Positions 30,333 to 40,784 of a stretch of 64,000 nucleotides of DNA are shown here, in pieces. Each line of letters starts with the position of its first letter. Within the stretch, counting starts at the first letter, position 1. The notes below the pieces were generated by a model. It did no database searches. It was not told the origin of the DNA and saw only the letters and a program-made list of their open reading frames with translations. Both the position numbers and the translations under genes were made by a program. This DNA comes from Candidatus Latescibacterota bacterium (GTDB lineage Bacteria; Latescibacterota; UBA2968; SICM01): positions 800,001 through 864,000 of the forward strand of contig CBDCJO010000002.1 of assembly GCA_965217865.1 (NCBI GenBank), in the 5' to 3' direction.

Positions 30333-32696
30333 TTATTTCCTTTCCCCTGCTCCGAGTATCTCCTCCAGGTAGGATTCATCGACAAGGACCTCCCGGGCTT
30401 TGCTGCCGTCGAATGGTCCGATGATGCCCGTCATCTCAAGCTCATCGACCAACCGGGCAGCCCGGGCATAACCCACCTTCAATCGCCTTTGAAAAAGGGA
30501 TGCAGAGGCTTGCTGATGCATGACGGCGAGTTTAAGAGCCTCATCGTAGAGGGAATCGCGTTCTCGGTCGTCGAAACCGGTCTCCTCTGCCTTGGGTGTC
30601 AAGTCAATCGTCTCCGGGGCCACCCCCTGGGATTTGATGGCATCGACCATCCGCTCGGTTTCCTCGGTGGAGAGATAGGCCCCGTGTACCCGAAGCGGTT
30701 CTGGCTGCCCGGGAGGGAGGTAGAGCATGTCCCCCCGCCCGAGAAGCTTTTCCGCCCCTGATGAGTCGAGAATGGTTCGGGAGTCGATCTTTGAGGCCAC
30801 CTGAAAGGCGATGCGCGCAGGGAAGTTCGCTTTGATCAATCCCGTAACGACATTGACGGAAGGACGCTGTGTGGCCACGATAAGATGGATGCCGACCGCC
30901 CGGGCCATTTGCGCCAATCTACATAATGCTTCCTCAATATCCGCCGGGGCAGTCATCATGAGGTCGGCCAGCTCATCGATGATGACGACGATGTAGGGCA
31001 ACGGTCGGGGGATCTCGCCGTACTCATCGCTTCTCCCACGGGTGAGCAACCCCTTGACTCGGAGGTTGAAGTCATTGATATTGCGAACGCCGACCCGGGC
31101 GAGTCTCTGATAGCGCTCTTCCATCTCACCGACAGTCCACTTGAGGGCTTCGGACGCCTTCTTAGGATCCGTGACCACGGGGGTGAGGAGGTGCGGGATA
31201 TCGTTGTATGCCGAAAGTTCCAGGAATTTCGGGTCGATCAAGACAAGCTTGACCTCATCCGGCATCGCCTTGAACAGGAGGCTGGAAATCAAGACATTTA
31301 TGCAGACGGACTTTCCGGCGCCTGTTGCCCCTGCAATCAGAAGGTGCGGCATTTTGCCCAGGTCTGCACAGTATGGGTCGCCGAAGACGGTTTTGCCGAG
31401 CGCGAGGAGAAGCCGTGATGAGGATTTCTGGAATTCCGGGCTTCCTATGATCTCCTTGAAATAGACGATAGCGGGTTCTGCGTTGGGAATCTCGATACCC
31501 ACAGCACTCTTGCCCGGGATCGGAGCCTGGATCCGAATGCTTCGGGCTTTCATGGTCAACGCAAGGTCGTCGGACAGGGTGACGATGCGATTTACCTTCA
31601 CCCCGGGTGGGGGTTCGACCTCGAAGCTTGTGATCACCGGTCCGGGGGTGACCTGAAGAATACGACCCTCGATCCCGAAGTTAAAAAGGCTGGTTTCTAG
31701 TTTTTGCGCTTCGGCGATCAAGGACTCCCGCTCTGCTTGATTTTGTCCCTCGGGTGGGTCCTCCATCAGTTCGATCGAAGGCAAGTCATAAACCGACCCC
31801 GTCTTTTCAGGGGGTGCGTTTGATTCAAGGGGGTCTCCCGGAGCACCGATGTCCGAGATATCAGCAGATTGCGTTTCCAGAGGGCTTTCGTGTAAACGAT
31901 CGGGTGGGTTTTCAAGAATTTCGTCCTCCACGGAACGGACTCCCCCATGCTCAAATCCGACGGATCGCGGCTCCGGAATATCGGTGTCTCTCAAGGGGCC
32001 TTCGCCACTCTGATTTTCTTCGGCCCTCATCCTGATCGATGGCTTAGCCTTTGGCTTTTTGGGGGATTTTTTATTGATCAAACGGGACCAGATTCCCGCA
32101 AAAGCATGAAAAATTTTAATGAATGTACCGACAACCAGCTCGGGCAACTTATCCAGGCGGATGTTGGTGACCAGGACCAGGATCACGATGGCCATAGACA
32201 CACACGCAACCAGAGAACCGACGAATCCGAGATTGGGACGAAGCAGTTCGAAAGCGAGGCGCATTCCGACTGCCCCACCGAAGCGGAAGGCTGCCGGGCC
32301 CGGCTGGTCCCAGGCTAATTCCGAGGCCCCGCAATAGATCACGATGAGGAAGAGGGCTGCGATCGTCTTGAAGACCCATTTGCTTAGGTCGATACCCCGG
32401 AACACGCACCAGCCGCAGACAAGGACGGCAAGACCGAGGGGATAGGCCCCAAAGCCGATCAGGAAGAGGAGCCGCCAGGCGATCAGGGTACCCAAGCGAC
32501 CCGCCCAGTTAGCCGGATCGTCGGGGGGATATGTGGAGACGGTATCGGGATCGTAGGCTGAACCGGGCGTGTGTGAAACAAGACTTGCGAGGAGAATACC
32601 TCCGGCAGCCATAAGCAGAATGCCTGTGATTTGTGTGATTTTGAAGATGCCGGATGAACCTGACTTCGGCCTGGCGATAGATGTATTTTTTTTCAT
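30333..32696 (-). CDS. ftsK: DNA translocase FtsK
   Basis: N-terminal TM domain, PHLLIAGATGAGKS, IDELADLM, ATQRPSV, gamma domain QRRLKVGYARAAR. Confidence 0.96.
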   Translation of the reverse strand: MKKNTSIARPKSGSSGIFKITQITGILLMAAGGILLASLVSHTPGSAYDPDTVSTYPPDDPANWAGRLGTLIAWRLLFLIGFGAYPLGLAVLVCGWCVFRGIDLSKWVFKTIAALFLIVIYCGASELAWDQPGPAAFRFGGAVGMRLAFELLRPNLGFVGSLVACVSMAIVILVLVTNIRLDKLPELVVGTFIKIFHAFAGIWSRLINKKSPKKPKAKPSIRMRAEENQSGEGPLRDTDIPEPRSVGFEHGGVRSVEDEILENPPDRLHESPLETQSADISDIGAPGDPLESNAPPEKTGSVYDLPSIELMEDPPEGQNQAERESLIAEAQKLETSLFNFGIEGRILQVTPGPVITSFEVEPPPGVKVNRIVTLSDDLALTMKARSIRIQAPIPGKSAVGIEIPNAEPAIVYFKEIIGSPEFQKSSSRLLLALGKTVFGDPYCADLGKMPHLLIAGATGAGKSVCINVLISSLLFKAMPDEVKLVLIDPKFLELSAYNDIPHLLTPVVTDPKKASEALKWTVGEMEERYQRLARVGVRNINDFNLRVKGLLTRGRSDEYGEIPRPLPYIVVIIDELADLMMTAPADIEEALCRLAQMARAVGIHLIVATQRPSVNVVTGLIKANFPARIAFQVASKIDSRTILDSSGAEKLLGRGDMLYLPPGQPEPLRVHGAYLSTEETERMVDAIKSQGVAPETIDLTPKAEETGFDDRERDSLYDEALKLAVMHQQASASLFQRRLKVGYARAARLVDELEMTGIIGPFDGSKAREVLVDESYLEEILGAGERK

Positions 32697-32880
32697 AGCA
32701 AAAAGAATCCTCAGTCGGGATCGGTGTTAACCATAAGTCGTGAACCTACGGGTTCGTGCCCATCCTGGTGGTTTTCTTGACGGCGTAAAGGTGGAAAAGA
32801 GTAAGGGGAGGTTTTTTGGGGATTTTTCAATGGCCGGATGCCCGGGGGAAAATCGGGCAAGATCGGTTCATCGAATAGGG

Positions 32881-35079
32881 TTAGAGCATTCCACGCCTCC
32901 TACGGGCGGCCCACTCCACAGCCAAAAGGGAAACCAGGAGGGCAAGCGTGTAAGGGTTTTCCCAGAATCGCCATCGGTGGATTTCCGAGATCGTTTTCGA
33001 CGGGAGGTTGAAGTTGGCGACGAAGGTGTCGACCTGGGCTGGCATGAGAAAAGCTCCCTGAGAACTGCCGCAAATTGCCCGAAGGAGATCTTCGTTCATA
33101 CGTAGATTTTCAAATTCGAGCCCCGCTGCGCTTACGGTGATGCTCCCCCTATCTCGTCCAACCTCCCTGCCCTTGGACGATCTAACACCCCCATCCGTTT
33201 TCATCAGCCTTTCAACAACGGCCGTTCCCTCAAACCGGTGTTCTCCTGGCATGAGGCCTCTTATTTGGCCCACATATCTTCCGTGCCCTGACTCAACAAG
33301 GGTTATGGTTCGAATCCCGGAAACCCCGGAGATCGATACGTTTACGACGGCCCCGGTTTGAGGCCGCGTTAGGGCGTCGGTTACGAATGCTCGTAAGGTG
33401 ACCGGTTCCCCTTCTTTCCAGACAGGCCGGTCCGCAACAATCCTCACGCGACGACTCTCTTCAGGGGTCATCAGCCACTGAAACGCGTTCTTCCAGAGGG
33501 CATCTGGGGTCCGCGAAGTTTTCCCGATTCCCCACATCAGGGCGCTCAACCTGAAGATTGTTGCACACGGCACGGCCATAACCCTCCCCCCCAGGTTTGC
33601 GTCGACGACGATCAATGGCATCCTTGCGCCGTCTTGGATCCTCTTGTCGGGATGTACGGCAAGGACTTTCGCACCCGGCCGCACCCCCAAGGTCCTGTTG
33701 TAGCCCAGGATCGGGGGCATTTCCGCCAACGTCCTGGCGTCTGTCTCGGGGTCGTCAGTGAGATGGAGAATCGGATGGCGTGCGTCAGGAAAAACAAGCT
33801 GGAAGCGATCCTGATGGAAAGAACTTCTCGACGGGATGGCATAAACCGGGATGAGATCGCTCAACGGAGAAGCTCCGAACCCCGGATCGAAGGCGTTGTG
33901 CCCCCCCACCATCAGGAGACCCCCACCCGATCGCAGGAAGTTCGCCAAAGCTGACTCAACCCCTGCCAGTTTAGAGGATGCAAGGTTGACGAGAACCACC
34001 AGGTCAAAAGATTTTAAGGATTTCAGGTTTTCGATCTCCCCTGAACCTCCCCCCTGAAACCCCTTTAACCGGGCGTCGACCTCAATGGTTTTATCGGATA
34101 ACAGAAGCCGCCGTATATAACCAAAGTCGGGTGTCGGCCCCCCTCCAACCAGGAGGATTCGTTTCTTCCCCTTAAGGGCTTTTTGAGAGAAGGTGGATGA
34201 ATTGTTTCCCGAGGACCGTTCGTGTGGTTGGGGGGACACGCGGACTTCATATATACGAAGGCCGGGCTTCTCGGGTTTCAATGGAAGGTCGATCTGTTGC
34301 TCGCCGTCCTCGATAAGAATTTGCTGGGCGAGAATCAGACGTCCCCCTTCCCTGATCTCGATGGGGAGGCGGATTTTATCATAACCGAATGATCGAATCG
34401 TTACCCGGATAGGCGTCTCCTGTCCGACAGTCGAGATCGGGTCACAGGAGGCACTCACAACGGCGATATCCCGTGGCTGGCTGCGATCTCCGACCCCGAC
34501 CGCGTAGATCGGAACCCCTAAATCTGAAGCTGCTTTTTCGACATCAACACCCACGTTGGCCGCACCATCTGTTATCAGGAAAACAGCGGAAAGATTCTGA
34601 CCTTTGAATATTTCGCGGAGGGACATGAAGGCCCCTCCCAAATTCGTAGCCGGTGCATCCCATTTAAGGTCATCAAAGCGGGCGGAAGGAGCGGATCGGA
34701 GGCTCTCACCGAAGGCGAAAACTCTCAAGTCCACGATCCCCGACAAACGGTCGTGGACTTTTATATCCCCCAGGATGTGGCGCAGGACCTCCCGCCTCTC
34801 CCCCGTAGAATCAGCGATTTTCATACTGGCGCTTTCATCGAGCAGGAGCGCCACGGTCGGCGGATGTAGGCTCTGATACGTGAAGGCAAACAGCGGTTCT
34901 ACGATGAGGAAGAGGGTCATCAACAGGGTCGAAATCCGGAGAAAAAACAAGGCGCGGAAAGCGCGGGATCCAGACCAGTTCACCCGGCGATACGCCAAGA
35001 AGGCTACGGCCACCATGAATGGGATCAGAAGGAGGATGTAGGGGCTTCCTCCGAATTTCAGGTCGAAGTCCGGCATCAT
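32881..35079 (-). CDS. Membrane protein with vWA and glutamine-amidotransferase-like domains
   Basis: LLDESASM (MIDAS), LITDG, GGGLLMVGG and terminal EW..RRR.G motifs. Confidence 0.75.
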   Translation of the reverse strand: MMPDFDLKFGGSPYILLLIPFMVAVAFLAYRRVNWSGSRAFRALFFLRISTLLMTLFLIVEPLFAFTYQSLHPPTVALLLDESASMKIADSTGERREVLRHILGDIKVHDRLSGIVDLRVFAFGESLRSAPSARFDDLKWDAPATNLGGAFMSLREIFKGQNLSAVFLITDGAANVGVDVEKAASDLGVPIYAVGVGDRSQPRDIAVVSASCDPISTVGQETPIRVTIRSFGYDKIRLPIEIREGGRLILAQQILIEDGEQQIDLPLKPEKPGLRIYEVRVSPQPHERSSGNNSSTFSQKALKGKKRILLVGGGPTPDFGYIRRLLLSDKTIEVDARLKGFQGGGSGEIENLKSLKSFDLVVLVNLASSKLAGVESALANFLRSGGGLLMVGGHNAFDPGFGASPLSDLIPVYAIPSRSSFHQDRFQLVFPDARHPILHLTDDPETDARTLAEMPPILGYNRTLGVRPGAKVLAVHPDKRIQDGARMPLIVVDANLGGRVMAVPCATIFRLSALMWGIGKTSRTPDALWKNAFQWLMTPEESRRVRIVADRPVWKEGEPVTLRAFVTDALTRPQTGAVVNVSISGVSGIRTITLVESGHGRYVGQIRGLMPGEHRFEGTAVVERLMKTDGGVRSSKGREVGRDRGSITVSAAGLEFENLRMNEDLLRAICGSSQGAFLMPAQVDTFVANFNLPSKTISEIHRWRFWENPYTLALLVSLLAVEWAARRRRGML

Positions 35080-35094
35080 AAAGTCCGTATCTCA

Positions 35095-35380
35095 AAGCGA
35101 GGTTCTGTGAGGCGACGCATCAGCGGGCCAACGGTTCGCGAGCCGGATCAATCCCACACATACCGTACCGTAGATGAATCAGGATGCGGGACAGGGATTG
35201 GGGGATGAAATTATCGCGGCCTTTCAGGCCGTACGACGCTATTGCTTCGCATGACCCAGGGCGGCTCGCCAGGGTTGAGGGACAACGCGCCGTTGGCGCT
35301 GAAAGACGGCCATGACTTTAGTCTCGGCTTCTCGATTAGCTCGAAGGTCCGGGTGTCAATCGAAGACAGGGCCCACTATA
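35095..35380 (+). repeat. ~280-bp dispersed REP-like repeat, copy A
   Basis: Near-identical blocks at 38420-38773 and 38812-39075; hairpins GGCCTTTCAGGCC, ACCCAGGGC..CCTGGGT (best formed in copy B), GCGCCGTTGGCGC. Confidence 0.88.
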
Positions 35381-35419
35381 TTCTAGGAAGAACCTTATTT
35401 GGTTTCCCGCGCTTCAGCT

Positions 35420-36478
35420 TCACGAGAAACGCTTCACGTTTTGAAGGGGCATTCGAGGATCGGCGTTCAGGTCAAGACCCGCCTGTTCCCCACAACCGAT
35501 CCGGAAAGATCCCGCAGCAGCAATCATAGCCGCATTGTCGGTGCACAAGACCGGGGGAGGGATATAAAGCGACATCTGGTTTCGGATGGCGGCACCCTCC
35601 ATTTGTTCCCTTAGACATTGGTTGGCAGCAACGCCTCCAGCCACGACGATATTCCGGACGCCACAGGATATCGCCGCACGGAGGGTCTTAGCGACCAGGA
35701 CGTCGACGACAGCTGCTTGAAAACTGGCCGCAATATCGGGCGCTGACAGGCTTAGACGATCCGAAGACTTGTCCTGAATGCGATAGAGTACGGCCGTCTT
35801 CAAACCGCTGAAGCTGAAATCGAAATGATCAGCCTCCATGAGCCCTCGGGGAAAGGTTTCGGCATGGGGATTCCCGGTTTCGGCCAGACGGGAGATCAGG
35901 GGGCCGCCCATGACAGATTCGCCCGGCTTGAAAAGTCCGAGGAGCTTAGCGACCTTGTCAAAGGCCTCACCGGCTGCGTCGTCTCGGGTTCTACCTAGAA
36001 TGTTATAACGACCGATTTCGGGGATAGAGATAATATCGGTGTGACCTCCCGACACGATCAATGCGACAAAGGGGGGAGAGGGTCGCGACTCGGGGAGAAG
36101 GGAGGCGAAGATATGTCCTTCGACGTGGTGAACGCCAACGAGGGGAATTTCGTTGGCAAAGGCAATGGATTTGCCCGCACAAACGCCGATGAGGAGAGAG
36201 CCGACCAGACCAGGTCCGGAAGTGACGGCTATCCCGGATAGATCGCGGATGCGGATCCGTGCAACCTCTAATGCTTCTTCGATAATCGGGATGATCCGAC
36301 GGATATGATCGCGGGAAGCAAGTTCAGGTACTACACCGCCGAATCGACCGTGATCGGCCTGGGAAAAGATGACATTCGAGAGGATCCGTCCCCCGTGGAC
36401 GACAGCAGCAGATGTCTCATCGCAGGAGGTCTCGATGCCAAGGACCGGACCGGAAACGAACAGGGGTGCATGATTCAC
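35420..36478 (-). CDS. tsaD: tRNA N6-adenosine threonylcarbamoyltransferase TsaD
   Basis: LGIETSCDET, GGVVPELASR.H, HHVEGH, TRDDAAGEAFDK and CTDNAAMI motifs. Confidence 0.97.
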   Translation of the reverse strand: MNHAPLFVSGPVLGIETSCDETSAAVVHGGRILSNVIFSQADHGRFGGVVPELASRDHIRRIIPIIEEALEVARIRIRDLSGIAVTSGPGLVGSLLIGVCAGKSIAFANEIPLVGVHHVEGHIFASLLPESRPSPPFVALIVSGGHTDIISIPEIGRYNILGRTRDDAAGEAFDKVAKLLGLFKPGESVMGGPLISRLAETGNPHAETFPRGLMEADHFDFSFSGLKTAVLYRIQDKSSDRLSLSAPDIAASFQAAVVDVLVAKTLRAAISCGVRNIVVAGGVAANQCLREQMEGAAIRNQMSLYIPPPVLCTDNAAMIAAAGSFRIGCGEQAGLDLNADPRMPLQNVKRFS

Positions 36479-36666
36479 TTAAAGGATTCGGAGATATTCC
36501 TTCCCATGCTGATCTCGCCGTTGTCAATCCTAAGGTTGAAGCCGCACTCCGGGTTTGAGCAGACCCATGCTTTGTACCGGATGGATGCGCCATCCCTACC
36601 ATAGTCCGATAAAGGAATCAAAACCCCGGTAGAACATTTCAAACATTCTGGGAAATTGTCTTTCAT
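36475..36666 (-). CDS. Small zinc-ribbon hypothetical protein
   Basis: CLKC...PLSDYG...YKAWVCSNPEC; GGAG RBS upstream. Confidence 0.75.
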   Translation of the reverse strand: MKDNFPECLKCSTGVLIPLSDYGRDGASIRYKAWVCSNPECGFNLRIDNGEISMGRNISESFK

Positions 36667-36823
36667 GCCTGAACTCCCCTCCTCGTGGTCTTCTCCATCA
36701 CCTGCGTTGACAGGTTGCACGTGAAATTATGGTCCAAACGCTGAGGTTGGGTTCCCTTAAAATAATCCAGGGTCCAAGGCCCCGGGAATGACCAAAGTTA
36801 TATAACTTTATGAAAATAGACCT

Positions 36824-37822
36824 TTGAAGTCAAACGATTTATTACTGTTTGGAGGGACGATCAATCCCGAGACCCAATTGACAAACGACGAAACATCGAT
36901 TATATACCATCCCTCCAGCCCCCTGCCCTGCCTTTCACCGTGTTTAAAAATCAAATTCTATCAATTCCCAGTGGCCCCGTTTAGGATTTCCGATCCTCTC
37001 GCATATATGGCGATAGTGCGCCCCATCAACTGTGCGATCGCCTTCGCATCCGTGCTTGTTGGCGCCTGCATGTCAGGTGGTTGGCCCGAGGGATATCGGG
37101 TAATTGCCGCGGGGCTCTCTGCAGCGTGTATCGCCGGGGGCGGTAACGCCCTGAACGACGTCTGCGATGAATCCGCGGACCGGATCAACCGTCCTGATCG
37201 GCCTATCGCATCAAGCAGGATCTCCCTGAGGGGGGCATCGGTGATGGCGGGGGGCCTTTTCGCCACGGGTGGGGTATTAAGCTTCGCGTTGGGGGTTAAG
37301 GGTATCTGTATCGCATTCGCCGCTATCGGGGGGCTGGTAGCGTATGACGGTTGGTTTAAGCGGGTTCCGGTGTTCGGTAACGCCGTCGTTGCCGGTATCA
37401 GCAGCCTGGCATTGATCTACGGCGGTATCGCGGCAAACCATGTTGCTGAGACCCTGGTGCCTGCCGGCTTTGCGTATCTCATTCATTTTGGTCGGGAGAT
37501 CTTGAAAGATGTAGAGGATATGGAAGGAGATATCTCTATCGGGGCCAGAAGTGTGGCAATAACCTGGGGTGTTCGGACATCATTGGGATTGACCACGGCA
37601 GTTTTTCTTTCACTGATCGGCCTGACTCCCGTGCCGTTCTTTTTGGGCTTGTATGATTGGCTCTATTTGATCATTGTGATCTGTCCAGTTGACGCGATTC
37701 TTCTTTATACCATGATTTCGATGTGGCGCGACCGGTCCAGGGGTAATCTGAGGCGCCTGGACGTCCTTATTAAGATAAATATGGTCTTCGGTCTTGTCGC
37801 TCTTTTGGCCGGTTCCAGATAA
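36824..37822 (+). CDS. UbiA prenyltransferase, DGGGP-synthase-like (true start probably ~36940-37007)
   Basis: RPIN, NDVCD...DRINRPDRPI and REILKDVEDMEGD aspartate-rich motifs. Confidence 0.88.
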   Translation: MKSNDLLLFGGTINPETQLTNDETSIIYHPSSPLPCLSPCLKIKFYQFPVAPFRISDPLAYMAIVRPINCAIAFASVLVGACMSGGWPEGYRVIAAGLSAACIAGGGNALNDVCDESADRINRPDRPIASSRISLRGASVMAGGLFATGGVLSFALGVKGICIAFAAIGGLVAYDGWFKRVPVFGNAVVAGISSLALIYGGIAANHVAETLVPAGFAYLIHFGREILKDVEDMEGDISIGARSVAITWGVRTSLGLTTAVFLSLIGLTPVPFFLGLYDWLYLIIVICPVDAILLYTMISMWRDRSRGNLRRLDVLIKINMVFGLVALLAGSR

Positions 37823-37880
37823 AAAGGGACCTGGTTGGCTTAAATGTTTTTAAAAAATAGTGAGATATCTTAAAATTTGC

Positions 37881-37909
37881 TTGACAACCACCGATCGTTA
37901 TATTAATTT
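37881..37909 (+). promoter_or_regulatory. Sigma70-type promoter upstream of HU
   Basis: TTGACA-17 bp-TAATTT. Confidence 0.55.
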
Positions 37910-38038
37910 TGAGGTGGCTGTTAACTCTAACATAATTAAGCCTTTTGAAAGCGTTAAGCTGTTTGAAGCCCTTGTCAATCTATAAAAGAGGTTGGGGGCT
38001 TATCCTTTTGCCTAAGTTTCCCCGGAAGAGGTGATGCC

Positions 38039-38332
38039 TTGGCGACCACGACGAAGAAGGAATTGGCCCTGACAGTCAGCGCCGAGACGGGTTGCAAGAA
38101 GAACCTTGCTGCCAAGATGGTGGACAGCATCTTTACGGCAATGCGGGAGAGCCTTTCGGCTGGAGATCGGATTGAAATCCGGGGGTTTGGGGTTTTTCAA
38201 GTAAAGCAGACGCGACCCAAGCCTGCCGCCCGAAATCCCAGAACGGGAGAGGTTATCTATGTTCCCGCCCGCCGAAAGACCCATTTCAAGCCTGGAAAAC
38301 TGTTACGGGAGGAACTCCACAAACCTGTATGA
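38039..38332 (+). CDS. HU/IHF family DNA-binding protein
   Basis: IEIRGFGVF, ARNPRTGE, FKPGK. Confidence 0.93.
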   Translation: MATTTKKELALTVSAETGCKKNLAAKMVDSIFTAMRESLSAGDRIEIRGFGVFQVKQTRPKPAARNPRTGEVIYVPARRKTHFKPGKLLREELHKPV

Positions 38333-38357
38333 AATAAGAATTTGATGTCTAATGTTC

Positions 38358-38394
38358 AGAGGGTGTGCGCCGCAGGATGCACATCCTCTTTTTA
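38358..38394 (+). terminator. Intrinsic terminator after HU
   Basis: AGAGGGTGTGC...GCACATCCTCT followed by a T-run. Confidence 0.7.
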
Positions 38395-38419
38395 TTTTAG
38401 ATCTTCCTAGTTTTGGTGG

Positions 38420-39075
38420 AAAGCGAGGTTCTGTGAGGTGACGCATCCGCGGGCCAACGGCCCGCGATTCCTTGGCCCAGCCCAACGGGCTAGGTTTGAA
38501 TGTGGGCGAATCGAGCGGGCCAAAGGTCCGCGATCCCTTCAATCCCACACATACCGTAGATGAATCAGGATGCGGGACAGGGATTGGGACATGGCGGTGT
38601 GAATTTATCGCGGCCTTTCAGGCCGCACGACGCTATTGCTTCGCATGACCCAGGGCGGTGCCCTGGGTTGAGGAACAACGCGCCGTTGGCGCTGAAAGAA
38701 GTCCCTGACTTTAGTCTCGGCTTCTCGATTAGCTCGAAGGTCCGGGTGTCAATCGAAGACAGGGTCCACTATATCTCACGGAGAGCCAGAAAAGAACCTA
38801 ATGGCGTTTTCGCGCGGGCCAACGGTCCGCGATCCCTTCAATCCCACACATACCGTAGATGAATCAGGATGTGGGACAGGGATTGGGACATGGCGATGTG
38901 AATTTATCGCGGCCTTTCAGGCCGCACGACGCTATTGCTTCGCACAACCCAGGGCGGCTCGCCTGGGTTGAGGGACAACGCGCCGTTGGCGCTGAAAGAA
39001 GGCCCTGACTTTAGTCTCTGCTTCTCGAACAGGTCGAAGCCCCGGGTGTCAATCGCGAAGACAGGGTTCACTATA
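38420..39075 (+). repeat. Two tandem copies (B, C) of the ~280-bp dispersed repeat
   Basis: aatcccacacataccgtagatgaatcaggatg...cactata at ~38541 and ~38840, matching 35150-35380. Confidence 0.88.
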
Positions 39076-39238
39076 TTCCAGGGTGAGTCGTTATTTTTAA
39101 TGGTGATGAAGGATCGGGAGGCGCAATTTCGGATCTGCTTGACACAAGCCGGGACCGGATGTAATTTTTACTATTGTTGAAGAATCCCTTTTTGGTGAAG
39201 AAGTTGACTCCGCGTAACTGTTCCCGGAGGGAATTCCT

Positions 39239-39625
39239 TTGAAACTGAAAGTGCTCGTGATAGAGGACCAAAAACCCGTCAGGGAGGCGATCGGGGAGGT
39301 GCTGGAGGTGGAGGGTTATGATGTACGGGCGATTCGAGATGGGTTTGTTGCGGCTGAGGCAGTCAGAAAAGAGACGTTCGATTTGATCACCCTCGATCTC
39401 AACATGCCCTCACTCGATGGCATGAGCATCGCAGACGCCATCCGGGAGTCCCCGCTTAACGCCAAGACACCCGTTATCGTCGTCTCGGCCTACCTGTCGG
39501 AGGGGGTCGTTAACGAATTGAAGGGGAAGGAGATCTTGAATTTTCTGGGCAAACCCTTCTTTCCCGATGAATTGATCGCGGAGGTAAAAAAGGTGTTGAC
39601 CCTGGAATCAAACGATCGGGATTAG
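39239..39625 (+). CDS. Single-domain response regulator
   Basis: VLVIED, DLITLDLNMP..DG and KPF motifs; TTGACA-17-TAATTT promoter at 39139-39167. Confidence 0.9.
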   Translation: MKLKVLVIEDQKPVREAIGEVLEVEGYDVRAIRDGFVAAEAVRKETFDLITLDLNMPSLDGMSIADAIRESPLNAKTPVIVVSAYLSEGVVNELKGKEILNFLGKPFFPDELIAEVKKVLTLESNDRD

Positions 39626-39696
39626 CCAAGGCCCAATAATGAAATACCAAGAACGGCCCAAGGATTTATTAATATAGCCCCTAAGATTTCCTTTCT

Positions 39697-39776
39697 GCGG
39701 AACGACGAACGACTGCCGCCACCTGCCGCTTTGGAGCGCCAACGGAATAGCGGCCAGGTAAGCCGCTTTGTTAGCC
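39697..39776 (-). other. Integron attC site
   Basis: Minus strand GGCTAAC-AAAGCGGCTTACCTGGCCGCT-ATTCCGTTGGCGCTCCAA-AGCGGCAGGT...GTCGTT, just after the methyltransferase stop. Confidence 0.75.
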
Positions 39777-39788
39777 ACATTCCAGTTG

Positions 39789-40625
39789 TCATCCGTCTGG
39801 TTCTCTGACAAAAACAAATTGATTATTCCCAAGACTATTTGTAGTTGCAATATTGGTCAGCATAAACCCTCTATCTCGAACAAAGTGGAATATTTCCTCG
39901 ACTTTTGCAACCTCGAACGGCAAACCGCCTAACCAATCAAACCAATCGTGAAGAATTGACATGCCTCTGTTCTTCCTATATTCGGTAAAGATATTTTTCC
40001 TTCTGAGAACACATAAGATTAACGCCTTCGAAAAAAAATATGGAATAAAGATGCAAGAGACAATTGTTTTCCCTAAGACCCCCGAACAGTAAACTTTCTT
40101 GACTCTTCTCCAAAGCCTCGATTTTCTACCTAGGTTGTTGTATATGGCTATAAAAAGGGTGCCGTCTTTCTTTACAAGAGAGGCAGCGTTTTCCAGAGCG
40201 GTCCACATATCCCCAGCGTGATGCAAAACTCCCCATGAATAAACTATGTCAAAGCTACTTAGTGACATTAGAAAATCCTTGTCTAAAACAGAACCTTCTT
40301 GAACAACCCAATTTTGATCATTTGGAAAATATCGTGAACGGAGTTCCTGTGTACAGGTTACTGATGCAGGATCATAATCAAAAGAATGAAATTCTGCCCC
40401 CAGTTTGCGCACCGCCAATGAAAACAACCCACTGCCTGAGCCAATGTCTAAGACTTTCTTGCCATTCAGATTGTCAACTCCAAGCATTTCTAATATCGAC
40501 TGTTTAGCTATTGCAATCCTTTCATCGGTTAATGATGACAGAAAACTTCGCCAATTCTTACCAAACTCAAATCGCTGCCCTTTCTTAACTTCGGCTTCAA
40601 ATGTACTCAAATTCGTCTTCTCCAT
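39789..40625 (-). CDS. Class I SAM-dependent methyltransferase (UbiG-like, RFEFGKNW type) in a gene cassette
   Basis: LDIGSGSG and DIVYSWGVLHH motifs; AT-rich relative to flanks. Confidence 0.9.
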   Translation of the reverse strand: MEKTNLSTFEAEVKKGQRFEFGKNWRSFLSSLTDERIAIAKQSILEMLGVDNLNGKKVLDIGSGSGLFSLAVRKLGAEFHSFDYDPASVTCTQELRSRYFPNDQNWVVQEGSVLDKDFLMSLSSFDIVYSWGVLHHAGDMWTALENAASLVKKDGTLFIAIYNNLGRKSRLWRRVKKVYCSGVLGKTIVSCIFIPYFFSKALILCVLRRKNIFTEYRKNRGMSILHDWFDWLGGLPFEVAKVEEIFHFVRDRGFMLTNIATTNSLGNNQFVFVREPDG

Positions 40626-40638
40626 TCTTTCATGTGGT

Positions 40639-40770
40639 GGCTAACTTATAATTAGCTTAGACAGCCTAAAAAAAACCACACTGCAATCTTAACAGTATAA
40701 TTTGTTGAGGCAGTTTACTGTTAATTTACGATTTTCAGTTGGTTAAATCAAGAATCCACACGGGATTAGT
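40639..40770 (-). promoter_or_regulatory. Promoter + attI-like unit, copy 1
   Basis: TTGATT-17-TAAATT promoter, then core site GTTAGCC; direct repeat of 41224-41355. Confidence 0.6.
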
Positions 40771-40784
40771 TTAAAAGCTCTCCC

